From NCBI RefSeq assembly GCF_048403405.1, contig NZ_CP183129.1: DNA of 64,000 nt; one strand, written 5' to 3'. Both the position numbers and the translations under genes were made by a program. This document shows, piece after piece, positions 50,365 through 62,593 of the stretch. The notes under the pieces were generated by a model that was given only the letters and a program-made list of their open reading frames with translations, did no database searches and was not told the DNA's origin. Source of the stretch: Escherichia coli. GTDB lineage: Bacteria > Pseudomonadota > Gammaproteobacteria > Enterobacterales > Enterobacteriaceae. The number at the start of each line of letters is the position of its first letter. The stretch's first letter is position 1.

Positions 50365-51559
50365 TATTTACCCCCTCACGATCTAAAGCGCGCAGCAGCA
50401 TTCCTTTCGAAATGATGCCGACATACTGTTGGTCCTCGTCGACCACGGGCACCGCACAGGGTGCCTGTCCGACATGAGAGAGCAACTCGCTAAGAGGCGT
50501 TTGTGCATCGACCGCTAACGGCGCATCAATCAGCGCCGCATCAAGACCTTGCTGCTGCGTTAACGCGGCTTTAAGCGAATCGATAGACACAGCGCCGACA
50601 AACTTATTACCGCGTTCGATGACGTAGCCATATTCGCGATCTTCATCCTGCAATAATTTCAGTGCCGAACGCGGGCCGAAGCCGGGGGTTTTACGAATTA
50701 AGCCGTTCGGTGTACGACGGGCAATATCTTTCGCACTGAACACCTGGCTAATATCGACGCCACGGAAGAAGGTACGGACATAATCATTCGCCGGATTATT
50801 GAGAATTTCATCCGGTGTGCCGACCTGTACCACTTCACCATTTTGCATAATGGCAATTCGGTCGCCAATACGCATAGCTTCATCGAGATCGTGGGAAATA
50901 AAGACAATTGTGCGCTGATGTTTCGCCTGTAATTTTACCAGCTCATCCTGCATCTCGGTGCGAATTAATGGATCGAGTGCTGAGAAGGCTTCGTCCATTA
51001 ATAATATATCCGGATTAATCGCTAACGCGCGGGCTAATCCCACACGTTGACGCATCCCGCCAGAGAGTTCATCCGGGTAGCTGTGGGCATAATTTTCCAG
51101 CCCGACCTGACGCAGTGCATCAAGGGCTTTTTCCCGGCGTTCTTCGGCATTAATTCCGGCCAATTCCATACCGAATGCAGTATTGTCCAGCACGGTCATA
51201 TGCGGCATTAAGGCAAAGGACTGGAAGACCATCGCAATCTTTTTTCTGCGCACCTCACGGAGTTCGGCGTCGGATATTTTGGCAATATCCACACCATCAA
51301 TCAGCACTTGCCCGCGGGTGGGTTCAATCAGGCGATTGAGAAGGCGTACCATTGTGGATTTACCCGAACCGGATAATCCCATGATGACAAATATCTCGCC
51401 TTCTTCAATGGCCAGACTGGCGTCTTTTACGCCAAGCGATAGCCCAGTTTTTTCCAGAATTTGTTCTTTTGAAAGTCCTTGTTCGATATATTTGAAAGCT
51501 CGCTGTGGATGCTCACCAAATATTTTATAAAGATTTTTAATTTCTAATTTAATTGCCAT
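50357..51559 (-). CDS. proV: Glycine betaine/proline ABC transporter ATPase ProV (400 aa)
   Basis: [28 protein letters not shown]..., Walker [10 protein letters not shown] and C-terminal CBS domains. Confidence 0.95.
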
Positions 51560-51915
51560 GCAATAGAAAGATTCCTGTTATTTGTTTATGTCGATACATT
51601 ACCCAATGGAAATAGTCACTTTTTTCTACCCTAACATACTGAGAATCTGAGGCAACCCCTGATGGCAAATGTGGCATGAATATTGATGTGAGCAAATCGC
51701 CGGAATTTCCCATGATATAAGGGCTGAGAGCAAATCGAGAAAAGTTGATATTTTTTGTCAAAGATAGCGAAAAAACGCCTGAATATTGTGGTTTCAGGCG
51801 AATAATGCAACAGAGTGTCAGTGTAGATCACCACAAAATATTTGCGTGATAAAAAGCTATTTGGTGGGAATTATTTCCCTGCTGCGGGTAGTGATATTTT
51901 TGAAAAATAACACCC

Positions 51916-52884
<969 letters not shown>

Positions 52885-55029
52885 TTAAAGTGCACAGGAG
52901 ACGCAGCCTTCAATTTCAGTGCCTTCCAGCGCCATCTGACGCAGGCGGATGTAGTAGAGCGTTTTGATACCCTTGCGCCAGGCGTAAATCTGCGCTTTGT
53001 TGATATCGCGAGTGGTGGCGGTATCGGGGAAAAACAGCGTCAGCGACAGCCCCTGATCGACATGGCGAGTCGCTTCCGCGTAGGTGTCGATGATCTTTTC
53101 TGCGCCAATTTCGTAAGCGTCCTGATACAGCGCCAGATTTTCGTTAGTCATAAATGGGGCAGGGTAGTAAACGCGTCCTGTTTTGCCCTCTTTGCGTATC
53201 TCTACTTTCGCCACAATCGGATGAATACTCGACGTGGCATGGTTGATATAAGAGATAGAACCGGTTGGCGGCACCGCCTGAAGATTCTGGTTGTAAATGC
53301 CGTAGCGCATCACGTCGTCGCGCAGCTGCGCCCACATCTCACGGGTAGGTAACGTAATACCGCTACGGGTAAACAGTTCGCCAACTTTCGCCGTTTTCGG
53401 CTGCCAGTTCCCTTGCAGATATTGGCTAAAATATTCACCACTGGCATAGCGTGACTGTTTGAACCCGGCGAAGGTTTCACCGCGTTCGCGCGCCAGCAAC
53501 ATCGAGGTACGCAGTGCGTGCCAGGTGATGGTATAGAAATAGAGATTGGTGAAATCCAGTGCTTCCGGCGAACCATAAGCGATGCCTTCTCGCGCCAGAT
53601 AGCCGTGTAAATTCATCTGCCCCAGTCCGATGGCGTGTGAGGCGGCATTTCCGGCTTCGATGGACGGCACGCTGCGGATATGACTCATATCTGACACCGC
53701 CGTTAAACCGCGCACGGCAGTCTCTACCGTGCGGGCAAAGTCGGGGGAATCCATGGTGTGGGCAATATTCAACGAACCTAAATTGCAGGAAATATCATGG
53801 CCTGTGCGGGCATAGTCGAGATTCTCGTCATACTCTGAGGCGCTGTTAACCTGCAAAATTTCTGAGCAGAGATTGCTCATATTTATGCGCCCGGCGATAG
53901 GGTTAGCACGGTTAACCGTGTCTTCATACATGATGTAGGGATAGCCGGACTCAAACTGGATTTCTGCCAGTCGCTGGAAGAAATCACGGGCGTTGATGTA
54001 TTTTTTGCGGATGCGTTCATTGGCAACCAGTTCGGCATAGTGTTCACTGATGGCGATATCAGCAAACGGCTTGCCATAAACCCGCTCAACGTCATAAGGC
54101 GAAAACAGTGCCATCTGCGCATTCTCTTTTGCCAGATGGAAAGTGATATCCGGGATCACCACGCCCAGCGACAGTGTTTTAATGCGGATTTTCTCGTCGG
54201 CATTTTCCCGTTTCGTATCGAGAAAACGCAGAATATCGGGATGATGGGCATGTAAATAGACTGCCCCAGCCCCCTGACGCGCGCCGAGCTGGTTGGCATA
54301 GGAAAATGCGTCCTCCAGCATTTTCATCACCGGAATCACGCCAGATGATTGATTTTCAATACGTTTAATTGGCGCGCCCGCTTCTCGCAGATTCGACAGC
54401 AAAAATGCCACGCCGCCGCCGCGTTTCGACAGTTGCAGTGCGGAATTTACCGCCCGGCCAATCGACTCCATGTTGTCTTCAATACGCAGCAAAAAACAGG
54501 AAACCAGTTCGCCGCGCTGCTGCTTACCACAGTTGAGGAATGTCGGTGTTGCAGGCTGAAAGCGTCCTGACAGCATCTCATCGGTCAGTTGCGTCGCCAG
54601 TGTTTCATCGCCTTGTGCCAGCATCAGCGCCACCATCGTGACTCGATCGGCAAAATCTTCCAGATAACGCTTACCGTCGAATGTCTTCAACGTATAGCTG
54701 GTGTAAAACTTCCATGCTCCGAGGAATGTCTGAAAACGAAAACCGCTGGCGTGTGCGTGGGCAAACAGCGTAATGACAAAATCGCGAGAGTAGCGGTTGA
54801 GGACGTTTTCATCATAGTAACCTTCGTTGACTAGCCAGTTCAGGCGCTGCTGCTGGCTACTGAAGGTCACACTGTTCGGACGCACATGTGTCGCCATAAA
54901 GGCGTCAACGGCCTGGCGATCTTTATCGAACTGAATGCGACCTGCGCTATCGTAAAGGTTAAGCATCGCATTCAGCGCGTGGTAATCCATCGTTTCCTGC
55001 GTCAGGCGTTCTGCGGTTGTCGTTGCCAA
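52885..55029 (-). CDS. nrdE: Class Ib ribonucleotide reductase alpha subunit NrdE (714 aa)
   Basis: [44 protein letters not shown]... Confidence 0.95.
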   Translation of the reverse strand: MATTTAERLTQETMDYHALNAMLNLYDSAGRIQFDKDRQAVDAFMATHVRPNSVTFSSQQQRLNWLVNEGYYDENVLNRYSRDFVITLFAHAHASGFRFQTFLGAWKFYTSYTLKTFDGKRYLEDFADRVTMVALMLAQGDETLATQLTDEMLSGRFQPATPTFLNCGKQQRGELVSCFLLRIEDNMESIGRAVNSALQLSKRGGGVAFLLSNLREAGAPIKRIENQSSGVIPVMKMLEDAFSYANQLGARQGAGAVYLHAHHPDILRFLDTKRENADEKIRIKTLSLGVVIPDITFHLAKENAQMALFSPYDVERVYGKPFADIAISEHYAELVANERIRKKYINARDFFQRLAEIQFESGYPYIMYEDTVNRANPIAGRINMSNLCSEILQVNSASEYDENLDYARTGHDISCNLGSLNIAHTMDSPDFARTVETAVRGLTAVSDMSHIRSVPSIEAGNAASHAIGLGQMNLHGYLAREGIAYGSPEALDFTNLYFYTITWHALRTSMLLARERGETFAGFKQSRYASGEYFSQYLQGNWQPKTAKVGELFTRSGITLPTREMWAQLRDDVMRYGIYNQNLQAVPPTGSISYINHATSSIHPIVAKVEIRKEGKTGRVYYPAPFMTNENLALYQDAYEIGAEKIIDTYAEATRHVDQGLSLTLFFPDTATTRDINKAQIYAWRKGIKTLYYIRLRQMALEGTEIEGCVSCAL

Positions 55030-55412
55030 AATTCGGTTACTCCTTTACGAACGTTTTCGATATCGCTTTGCGTACCCATGAGTTCAAAGCGGTACAGCCA
55101 CGGCACGCCGCATTTCCGGGCTATCACATCTCCGGCGCGGCCATACGCCTCACCAAAGTTGCGATTACCCGAAGCAATAACGCCGCGCAGCAACACCCGG
55201 TTGTGCTCGTTGTTTAAAAAGCGAATGACCTGTCGTGGCACTGCGCCAGCCGTACCGCCGCCGCCGTAAGAGGGCACGATCAGGATGTAAGGCTCGTCTA
55301 CCTGAATCCGTTCCCGCTCATTGAGCGGGATGCGCACCGCGGGCAGACCTAAACGTTCGATAAAACGCTGCGTGTTTTCGGAGCTACTGGAAAAGTAGAC
55401 GAGCTGGCTCAT
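55002..55412 (-). CDS. nrdI: Flavodoxin-like NrdI (136 aa)
   Basis: [34 protein letters not shown]... Confidence 0.95.
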   Translation of the reverse strand: MSQLVYFSSSSENTQRFIERLGLPAVRIPLNERERIQVDEPYILIVPSYGGGGTAGAVPRQVIRFLNNEHNRVLLRGVIASGNRNFGEAYGRAGDVIARKCGVPWLYRFELMGTQSDIENVRKGVTEFWQRQPQNA

Positions 55413-55654
55413 GCACTGGCCGCGTGTGGCGCTGGATGCAGACGATTGATCATGTCCGGGCGGAAACCAGACCAGCTAAGATCGCCAGCAATCACTACCG
55501 GCAACTGACGAAAGCCCTGAGCACGCAGCGCTTCCGCCGCTTCAGGAACGCGATCGACATTAATCATTTCAAAGTCAAAGCCCCGGTTTTCCATCGCCCG
55601 TTTGGTGGCGTGGCACTGAACGCAATCGTTACGAGTGTAAATAGTAATGCGCAT
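55409..55654 (-). CDS. nrdH: Glutaredoxin-like NrdH (81 aa)
   Basis: [34 protein letters not shown]..., CVQC redox motif. Confidence 0.95.
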   Translation of the reverse strand: MRITIYTRNDCVQCHATKRAMENRGFDFEMINVDRVPEAAEALRAQGFRQLPVVIAGDLSWSGFRPDMINRLHPAPHAASA

Positions 55655-55862
55655 GATTCGTATTTCCGTTTAAAATGAAGATACGGCGCGATGATACGCG
55701 TCGGGTTGTCTCTCTGTTGATACAGAGATACTAGATGTAGTTGAAAAAATATTCAACCATACAAGATATGGGAATTTTAGATTGATTACGCCACCGATGA
55801 ATGGCTCAACGGGGTAGGGGATTTTGTGTTTTTTTGCCGGGCGAATACCCGGCATCAAGAAG

Positions 55863-56294
55863 TTACATCCGCATGGAAACGGCCAGACGGTTAAAACAAT
55901 TCATCAGCCCGATGGCAAACGTTAAGTCGCTGATCTCTGCTGCGCTGAAATGCTCAAGCAAAGGCTGATAAACCTCGTCTTCCGCATGGGTTCTGGCAAT
56001 TTCGGTTACCGATTCCGCCCATGCCAGCGCCGCCCGCTCGCGTTCATCAAAATGATGGCTTACGCGCCAACCTGCCAGGGCGTCCAGTTTGTGCTGTGGC
56101 ACGCCGGATTTGCGCAATGCTTTGCTGTGCATCTCCAGACAAAATGCGCAGCCGTTGATTTGCGAGACGCGCAAATAAACTAACTCCATCAACGTGGTAT
56201 CCAGCGTGCTATTTTCCAGTGCCGTTTTGGCCTGCACTAGTGCGTTATACACTGCCGGGCTAAGTTCGTAGTAAGGCTGACGTAATGTAGTCAT
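55863..56294 (-). CDS. AhpD-like / carboxymuconolactone decarboxylase family protein (143 aa)
   Basis: MTTLRQPYYELSPAVYNALVQAKTALENS...VSQINGCAFCLEMHSK...; CxxC-containing AhpD core motif. To my recollection there is no K-12 counterpart at this position. Confidence 0.75.
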   Translation of the reverse strand: MTTLRQPYYELSPAVYNALVQAKTALENSTLDTTLMELVYLRVSQINGCAFCLEMHSKALRKSGVPQHKLDALAGWRVSHHFDERERAALAWAESVTEIARTHAEDEVYQPLLEHFSAAEISDLTFAIGLMNCFNRLAVSMRM

Positions 56295-56381
56295 ACAGTT
56301 TCTCCTCTTATTAACGCCCGCAATGTAGCACTATAATGGACTGCTAAAGAGAGCCATAAATTACCTAAAAAAGCAGACCAT

Positions 56382-57716
56382 ATGCCGCGCTATCAGGATA
56401 TCGCCCGTCAGTTAAAAACGGCTATTGAGCAAGGGGAACTGAAACCCGGCGCAAGGCTGCCTTCAAGTCGTACCTGGTCGCAGGAGCTGGGGGTGTCTCG
56501 ATCCACTGTCGAAAATGCGTATGCTGAGCTGGTGGCGCAAGGATGGCTGATCAGGCGGGGACAGGCTGGCACATTTGTCAGTGAGCGGATATATCCGCAA
56601 CAATCTACTGTACAAGTTGTAGCTTTTGCCGGTGAAAGTCAGCAACCGTTGCCATTTCAAATGGGATTACCCGCACTCGATCTCTTTCCGCGAGAGCTGT
56701 GGGCGCGGGTGATGGGGCGTCGCCTTCGTACCCAGACGCGCTTTGATTTGGCGTTAGGCGATGTCTGCGGTGAGGTGGCGTTGCGCGAGGCAATAGTTGA
56801 TTACTTACGCGTTTCACGTGGGATTGATTGTCAGCCAGAGCAGGTCTTTATCACTCACGGTTATGCGGCCTCAATAGCTTTAATTCTGCACGCGCTGGCG
56901 AAACCGGGAAACGGGATGTGGATAGAAGATCCCGGCTTTCCACTGATTCGCCCGATTGTCACTCGCCATGATGTGGAAATTTTGCCTGTGCCGGTTGATG
57001 ACAATGGACTGGATATCACAAGCGGAATACAAAATTATCCTGATGCGCGTTTTGCCCTGATAACACCAGCACACCAAAGTCCGCTGGGTGTGGCGCTCTC
57101 TTTAGCGCGCAGGCATCAGATACTGGAATGGGCAGATCGTAGTCAGGCATGGATTATTGAAGATGATTATGACAGTGAGTTTCGCTATCACGGTAAGCCG
57201 TTACCGGCGTTAAAAAGTCTCGACGCACCGCAGCGGGTAATTTATGCCGGAACATTCAGCAAAGCGCTATTTCCTGCATTGCGCTGTGCGTGGCTGGTGT
57301 TGCCGGTGAAGCAAATTGCACAATTCCGCCACCAGGCGTCACTGGCTCCATGTGCGGTACCTGTTCTATGGCAGAACACACTGGCAGACTTTCTTCGCGA
57401 GGGGCATTTCTGGCGGCATCTGAAGAAAATGCGTCAGCATTATGCTCAACGTCGGCAATGGATTGAGCAAGCGTTGACGCAGCAAGGATTTCAGGTTGTG
57501 CCGCAGAAAGGTGGTATCCAGATGGTGATCAGAATGATAGGCGATGATATTGCCCATGCGCGTAAAGCCAATGCTGCAGGCCTTGCGGTGCAGGCACTTA
57601 GCGACTGGCGTATCCGTTCAAGTGGGGAAGGTGGATTACTGCTCTCGTTTACTAATATCGTTAACGAAGGTATGGCGCGACAGGTAGCACAACAATTACG
57701 TAAAGCCTTAAGCTAA
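56382..57716 (+). CDS. MocR/GabR-type transcriptional regulator (GntR HTH + PLP aminotransferase-like domain, 444 aa)
   Basis: MPRYQDIARQLKTAIEQGELKPGARLPSSRTWSQELGVSRSTVENAYAELVAQGWL... (GntR HTH) followed by an aminotransferase class I-like domain (...GTFSKALFPALRCAWLV..., K of SK being the predicted PLP lysine); divergent from the AhpD-like gene. Confidence 0.75.
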   Translation: MPRYQDIARQLKTAIEQGELKPGARLPSSRTWSQELGVSRSTVENAYAELVAQGWLIRRGQAGTFVSERIYPQQSTVQVVAFAGESQQPLPFQMGLPALDLFPRELWARVMGRRLRTQTRFDLALGDVCGEVALREAIVDYLRVSRGIDCQPEQVFITHGYAASIALILHALAKPGNGMWIEDPGFPLIRPIVTRHDVEILPVPVDDNGLDITSGIQNYPDARFALITPAHQSPLGVALSLARRHQILEWADRSQAWIIEDDYDSEFRYHGKPLPALKSLDAPQRVIYAGTFSKALFPALRCAWLVLPVKQIAQFRHQASLAPCAVPVLWQNTLADFLREGHFWRHLKKMRQHYAQRRQWIEQALTQQGFQVVPQKGGIQMVIRMIGDDIAHARKANAAGLAVQALSDWRIRSSGEGGLLLSFTNIVNEGMARQVAQQLRKALS

Positions 57717-57741
57717 AAAACCCCGAAGCCAGGCTTCGGGG
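57715..57741. terminator. Hairpin terminator between convergent MocR-like gene and ygaM
   Basis: aaaaaaCCCCGAAGCcagGCTTCGGGGtt; read on the minus strand the hairpin is followed by a U6 run (ygaM terminator). Confidence 0.65.
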
Positions 57742-57772
57742 TTAAAGACGCGTATTTATTATCATTTTTGCA

Positions 57773-58102
57773 CTACGATTTGCGCATGCTTAACAGTGCG
57801 CCGATAAAAATACCTACCGCAGCTGCTGTACCCACGCTACACCAGGGTCTTTCACGAACAAAAGAATCCGCGCAGCCAACGGCATCGCGCGCGGCTTGCT
57901 GGACGCGAGTACGACCATGCATTCGCGCCCTGGTTTCTTTCAGTAGAGCCTGCGCTTTACTGCGTGCGGCTTCAGCTTCCCCTTTAGCGTCGCTGCCCCA
58001 GGACTTCAATACAGATTCGAGGCTATCAGCTAATTGATTGACATCATTCTGGATATCCTGCACGCCATCATCAACGTCGTTGCGGTTCGGTCGGTTAAAC
58101 AT
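57773..58102 (-). CDS. ygaM: ElaB/YqjD/YgaM-family ribosome- and membrane-associated protein (DUF883, 109 aa)
   Basis: MFNRPNRNDVDDGVQDIQNDVNQLADSLESVLKSWGSDAKGEAEAARSKAQ..., C-terminal TM anchor; the track ORF starts 4 codons earlier. Confidence 0.88.
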   Translation of the reverse strand: MFNRPNRNDVDDGVQDIQNDVNQLADSLESVLKSWGSDAKGEAEAARSKAQALLKETRARMHGRTRVQQAARDAVGCADSFVRERPWCSVGTAAAVGIFIGALLSMRKS

Positions 58103-58253
58103 ATGATCCCCCATTAGAATTCGATGTAATTTTCAGTGTAGACCATAATTTTCTTAACTGAGGTTCATCGCGGCTTTATGGACTTTTCTGAAAGCGTTGT
58201 GAATGCGCAATCAGGTAAGGTAGGCCCGCGGTTGATAATAACGAGGATCAAAT

Positions 58254-58598
58254 ATGTATTTACGACCAGACGAGGTGGCGCGCGTACTTGAAAAAGTCGG
58301 TTTTACTGTCGATGTGGTAACCCAGAAGGCTTATGGTTACCGCCGTGGGGAAAACTATGTCTATGTTAATCGCGAAGCGCGAATGGGACGTACCGCCCTG
58401 GTGATTCATCCAACATTAAAAGAACGTAGTTCAACACTGGCTGAACCCGCTTCCGATATTAAAACTTGCGATCATTATCAACAATTTCCGCTCTATTTAG
58501 CAGGCGAGCGACACGAGCATTACGGTATCCCCCATGGCTTTAGTTCGCGTGTTGCGCTTGAACGTTATTTGAATGGTTTATTTGGCGAAGCCAGTTAA
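58254..58598 (+). CDS. ygaC: Uncharacterized protein YgaC (114 aa)
   Basis: [53 protein letters not shown]... Confidence 0.85.
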
Positions 58599-58634
58599 AG
58601 ACGCGACTGGCGATGCCAGTCGCGAAAAGAAGGG

Positions 58635-59084
58635 TCAGGCTTTTACCTGCTGGTAACGGCTGACTTTAAACAGTCGGCGGCAATAATCGAGGAAGTAGCC
58701 ATAAACCGCCCCCATCAACATCGAAACAACGATGTTTGAACTGACCGCCGCCATAATCTGATGCCAGTCTGCGCCCACCACTAACAAGATCGCCACATAC
58801 ACCGGTGACTGGAACGTCACATAAGCCATGATATCCGCCAGATTTTTTATCCAGCCCGACGGGCTAACTTTGCGTGCTGCGCGCATAAACAGATCGCGGT
58901 ACATACCGTATGGCCATGCAATTAAGATGTTCACCGGAATCGCTACCAATCTGGAATAAAAAGACTGTTCGAAGCTCATTCCGGAGAGGAAAACTTCAAT
59001 ACACATGTTCACGACAGAACAGTAAACAACCATCGCGAACGTATCTGCAACTGCATGACGCAAGCGTGACTGCGGTGAGAACAT
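58635..59084 (-). CDS. alaE: L-alanine exporter AlaE (149 aa)
   Basis: [46 protein letters not shown]...; the track ORF extends 37 codons upstream to 59195. Confidence 0.88.
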   Translation of the reverse strand: MFSPQSRLRHAVADTFAMVVYCSVVNMCIEVFLSGMSFEQSFYSRLVAIPVNILIAWPYGMYRDLFMRAARKVSPSGWIKNLADIMAYVTFQSPVYVAILLVVGADWHQIMAAVSSNIVVSMLMGAVYGYFLDYCRRLFKVSRYQQVKA

Positions 59085-59751
59085 GCTAATGCTCCTTAAT
59101 AAAAGCGTAATGGGATGTGAATGGAGATGAAAGCAGTGGATCTCATTGCCATCTGCATTTTCGCATAGCGTATATCGCTGGCTATGACTAATCAATTAGT
59201 GAAAAATTTTTATTTAAACTGTTTTTGTAGATAAAATATTCCGTAACGGCGCGTTTTTTGTACATTGTGGATTTTTACATGCCGATATGGTTTATTTTAA
59301 ATTGAATCAATTAGATATGATCCTGCCTTTAATTACACTAATGAAAGTTTGGGGGTGAGATAACGCTATAAGCGTAGAGAATTCGGTGTATGTCGTGACC
59401 GGGTCATTTTCAGCATTTTTTATGCCAGAAAATGTACATTGACAGCAGAAAGCACCAGTGAGGGGTGTTTTCATTTATTCGGTTAAATTGCATTTTTATT
59501 CACTTTGGTTTTGTCAGGCTTGCGGAATTAGCGAGCAGAGAGCGCCGCTCTGTTCACCAATAACCGAAATTACTCATCAAAATGGCTAATATATAATCTT
59601 GAAATTATTCTGAGAGTTTCAGAAAATAACAGCTGAAATAATCTCGTGCAGGACTGTAAATAGATTAAATTTTGTGGAAATATAATAAGTGATCGCTTAC
59701 ACTACGCGACGAAATACTTTTTTGTTTTGGCGTTAAAAGGTTTTCTTTATT

Positions 59752-60156
59752 ATGTCCGTAATGTTACAAAGTTTAAATAACATTCGCACTCTCCGTGCGA
59801 TGGCTCGCGAATTCTCCATTGACGTTCTTGAAGAAATGCTCGAAAAATTCAGGGTTGTCACTAAAGAAAGACGTGAAGAAGAAGAACAGCAGCAGCGTGA
59901 ACTGGCAGAGCGCCAGGAAAAAATTAGCACCTGGCTGGAGTTGATGAAAGCTGACGGAATTAACCCGGAAGAGTTATTGGGTAATAGCTCTGCTGCTGCA
60001 CCACGCGCTGGTAAAAAACGCCAGCCGCGTCCGGCGAAATATAAATTCACCGATGTTAACGGTGAAACTAAAACCTGGACCGGTCAGGGTCGTACACCGA
60101 AGCCAATCGCTCAGGCGCTGGCAGAAGGTAAATCTCTCGACGATTTCCTGATCTAA
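59752..60156 (+). CDS. stpA: H-NS paralog StpA (134 aa)
   Basis: [48 protein letters not shown]...[10 protein letters not shown]. Confidence 0.95.
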   Translation: MSVMLQSLNNIRTLRAMAREFSIDVLEEMLEKFRVVTKERREEEEQQQRELAERQEKISTWLELMKADGINPEELLGNSSAAAPRAGKKRQPRPAKYKFTDVNGETKTWTGQGRTPKPIAQALAEGKSLDDFLI

Positions 60157-60202
60157 TTACTGAGGCCGGATGCCGCCGCTATGGCGCGTCCGGCGTCGCT
60201 TC

Positions 60203-60727
60203 TCAAGCTCGTTGGTTCCACGGCATCTTACCTAACAACCTTGCCATACCACAAAAACCGCTAATTCCTGCAAACAGTAACCCGGCACCAACAAAGCCGC
60301 TTAATAAGAAGAAACCGCTATTTACGGTATAACCTAGTATAACTCCGATTAATATTAAACCACCCGCAGCGATCTGCACCTGGCGCATTAACGGCAAGGG
60401 TTGAGATTTATTTACCGCTACTGGTAATCCTGCTTTTTTCCAGCCATCAATCCCATCTTCGAGTAAAAAGATTTCTGCGGGGGCGGCAATCGCTGCTAAT
60501 TTATCGGCGTTATTACTGGTGCGTTTACCTGCCTGGCAGTGGAATATAATTTGCTCGTGACGTAATTTAGCCGGAAGACCTGACTGTTCCAGCTCGGATA
60601 ATGGAGCCAGATCTGCTTCAGGAATATGCTCACGAAGATATTCATCAGCGTCACGAATATCGATTAACTTTGCGCCGCGTGCGATTAATTCTTGTGCATC
60701 ATGCGGCGAAATGGTTGTCAAAGCCAT
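60203..60727 (-). CDS. ygaP: Rhodanese-domain inner membrane sulfurtransferase YgaP (174 aa)
   Basis: [44 protein letters not shown]..., rhodanese CQAGKR motif and C-terminal TM helices. Confidence 0.9.
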   Translation of the reverse strand: MALTTISPHDAQELIARGAKLIDIRDADEYLREHIPEADLAPLSELEQSGLPAKLRHEQIIFHCQAGKRTSNNADKLAAIAAPAEIFLLEDGIDGWKKAGLPVAVNKSQPLPLMRQVQIAAGGLILIGVILGYTVNSGFFLLSGFVGAGLLFAGISGFCGMARLLGKMPWNQRA

Positions 60728-60736
60728 AGTGACTCC

Positions 60737-61036
60737 TTACGGACAATAGACATTTTTCAGGGTGGCGATAATGGCATTTACCGCCTCATTTTTAATGGAA
60801 TATAGAATGCGTTGGGCATCCCGTTGGCTGTCGATAAGCCCTTCGTCCCGCATACGAGCGAGATGCTGTGATGTCGCAGAGGCACTCAGTCCGGTAATGC
60901 GCGTCAGCTCTCCCGCACTGGTGCCGGGGGAACCGCTAAGCATGCACAGAATCAGCAACCGTTTAGGGTGGCTCATTGCTTTCAATAAGGCCGCTGCCTG
61001 TTCGGCACTGGCCTGTAATTGCGCGAGTTCAGTCAT
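60737..61036 (-). CDS. ygaV: ArsR/SmtB-family transcriptional regulator YgaV (99 aa)
   Basis: MTELAQLQASAEQAAALLKAMSHPKRLLILCMLSGSPGTSAGELTRITGLSASATSQHLARMRDEGLI... Confidence 0.9.
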   Translation of the reverse strand: MTELAQLQASAEQAAALLKAMSHPKRLLILCMLSGSPGTSAGELTRITGLSASATSQHLARMRDEGLIDSQRDAQRILYSIKNEAVNAIIATLKNVYCP

Positions 61037-61218
61037 ATTTATTTAAGTATTTTCTAAATTAAGCAAACTCTAAACTAAAAATGCAACATATACCAGCCTC
61101 AGCAGCGTAAATGAGAGTAAAAGCGTAAGCTGAAACTGGCAGGCTCCGCTAAAATTACTACGCTTAAGAGATAAAATCTCTTTTTAAACAATGAGTAATT
61201 TTCTTATAGGGAGTACAT

Positions 61219-61377
61219 ATGGGTTTCTGGAGAATCGTCATCACCATCATTCTGCCGCCGCTCGGCGTGCTGCTCGGTAAAGGGTTCGGTTGGGCGTTCA
61301 TTATTAATATTCTGCTGACACTGCTTGGGTATATCCCCGGTTTGATTCACGCTTTCTGGGTGCAAACCCGCGATTAA
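61219..61377 (+). CDS. yqaE: Small membrane protein YqaE (Pmp3/UPF0057 family, 52 aa)
   Basis: Hand translation: MGFWRIVITIILPPLGVLLGKGFGWAFIINILLTLLGYIPGLIHAFWVQTRD; below the 60-aa ORF-track cutoff; RBS-like ggga upstream. Confidence 0.85.
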   Translation: MGFWRIVITIILPPLGVLLGKGFGWAFIINILLTLLGYIPGLIHAFWVQTRD

Positions 61378-61460
61378 ACCTGTCCTCACCCCCGCGGCGT
61401 TAACGCGCCGCGTTCCTCTGCTACACTTTCTGAGTGTTTCCGTTAACGAATGAGGTAGCT

Positions 61461-61910
61461 ATGGGTCTGTTCAATTTTGTGAAAGATGCCGGAGAAAAAC
61501 TCTGGGACGCGGTTACAGGTCAGCACGATAAAGACGATCAGGCGAAGAAGGTGCAGGAGCATCTGAACAAAACCGGTATACCTGATGCCGATAAAGTGAA
61601 TATTCAAATTGCCGACGGCAAAGCGACGGTCACGGGTGATGGCCTGAGTCAGGAGGCGAAGGAGAAAATCCTTGTTGCGGTGGGGAATATTTCCGGTATT
61701 GCCAGTGTCGATGATCAGGTGAAAACGGCGACACCAGCCACTGCCAGCCAGTTTTATACCGTTAAGTCTGGCGACACTCTGAGTGCCATTTCCAAACAGG
61801 TCTACGGTAACGCTAATCTGTACAATAAAATCTTCGAAGCGAATAAACCGATGCTAAAAAGCCCGGATAAAATTTACCCGGGGCAAGTGTTGCGTATTCC
61901 TGAAGAGTAG
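61461..61910 (+). CDS. kbp: Potassium-binding protein Kbp (YgaU; BON + LysM domains, 149 aa)
   Basis: [40 protein letters not shown]...[32 protein letters not shown] (LysM). Confidence 0.9.
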
Positions 61911-62573
61911 TTAATTGCCAGCCATCGCCTGCTGAATAATGGGAATTGGCGTCAGTAAATGCTGGCGCATTAACTCACTGGCGCGCGCGGTATCTCGCGC
62001 CAGTACCGCCGCAGTCAGGGTCTGGTGCTGATCGTGTTTATCTTCCAGCATTTCCACGGAAAGCACCGTTCGCCGCAACCAGATGAAGCGATAGCGCGCC
62101 GCCAGATCAAACAACCGTTCACGCATTTGCAGCAAATAGTGAGAACCACAGCCTGCCACAATTGCAGTATGAAATGCCTGATGACGCAGATCCCACTCAT
62201 CAAGCATTTTCTCACTGGCGTCACAGGCCTCCAGCTTACTGAGCAGATGCGCTTTTGCGAGAACGTCTGCCTCCCATTCATCGCCACCGCGGGCAATCGC
62301 CAGACTGACCAGCATCGCTTCCATATTGGCGCGGGCGTCGAAAATATCGAGCAGCTCCTGCTCTGACATAGACGCCACCCGATACCCTTTTTGATTCACC
62401 ACCGTGACCAGTCGTTCTGCTACCAGTTGCGAAAGCGCTTCCCGCAACGGCCCAACGCCAAGTGCATAACGCGATGTCAGCAAACTCATCCGTAATTTTT
62501 CATCCGGTTGAAAGTTTCCGCGAATAATATCGTTCTTCAGCCAGCGATAGCCATCCAGAGACGTAATGGTCAT
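61911..62573 (-). CDS. csiR: GntR/FadR-family regulator CsiR (220 aa)
   Basis: MTITSLDGYRWLKNDIIRGNFQPDEKLRMSLLTSRYALGVGPLREAL...; the track ORF starts 6 codons earlier. Confidence 0.9.
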   Translation of the reverse strand: MTITSLDGYRWLKNDIIRGNFQPDEKLRMSLLTSRYALGVGPLREALSQLVAERLVTVVNQKGYRVASMSEQELLDIFDARANMEAMLVSLAIARGGDEWEADVLAKAHLLSKLEACDASEKMLDEWDLRHQAFHTAIVAGCGSHYLLQMRERLFDLAARYRFIWLRRTVLSVEMLEDKHDQHQTLTAAVLARDTARASELMRQHLLTPIPIIQQAMAGN

Positions 62574-62593
62574 GGTGTGACTCCTGATCATTA

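Noticed and set aside
55835-55860. Hairpin GCCGGG-CGAATA-CCCGGC upstream of nrdH, considered as terminator of the AhpD-like gene
   Set aside because: The T-run precedes rather than follows the hairpin on the plus strand and an A-run follows it on the minus strand; not a canonical terminator in either direction.
61204-61389. 61-aa minus-strand ORF overlapping yqaE
   Set aside because: The opposite strand encodes the conserved small membrane protein YqaE with a good start context; the minus-strand frame is antisense noise.
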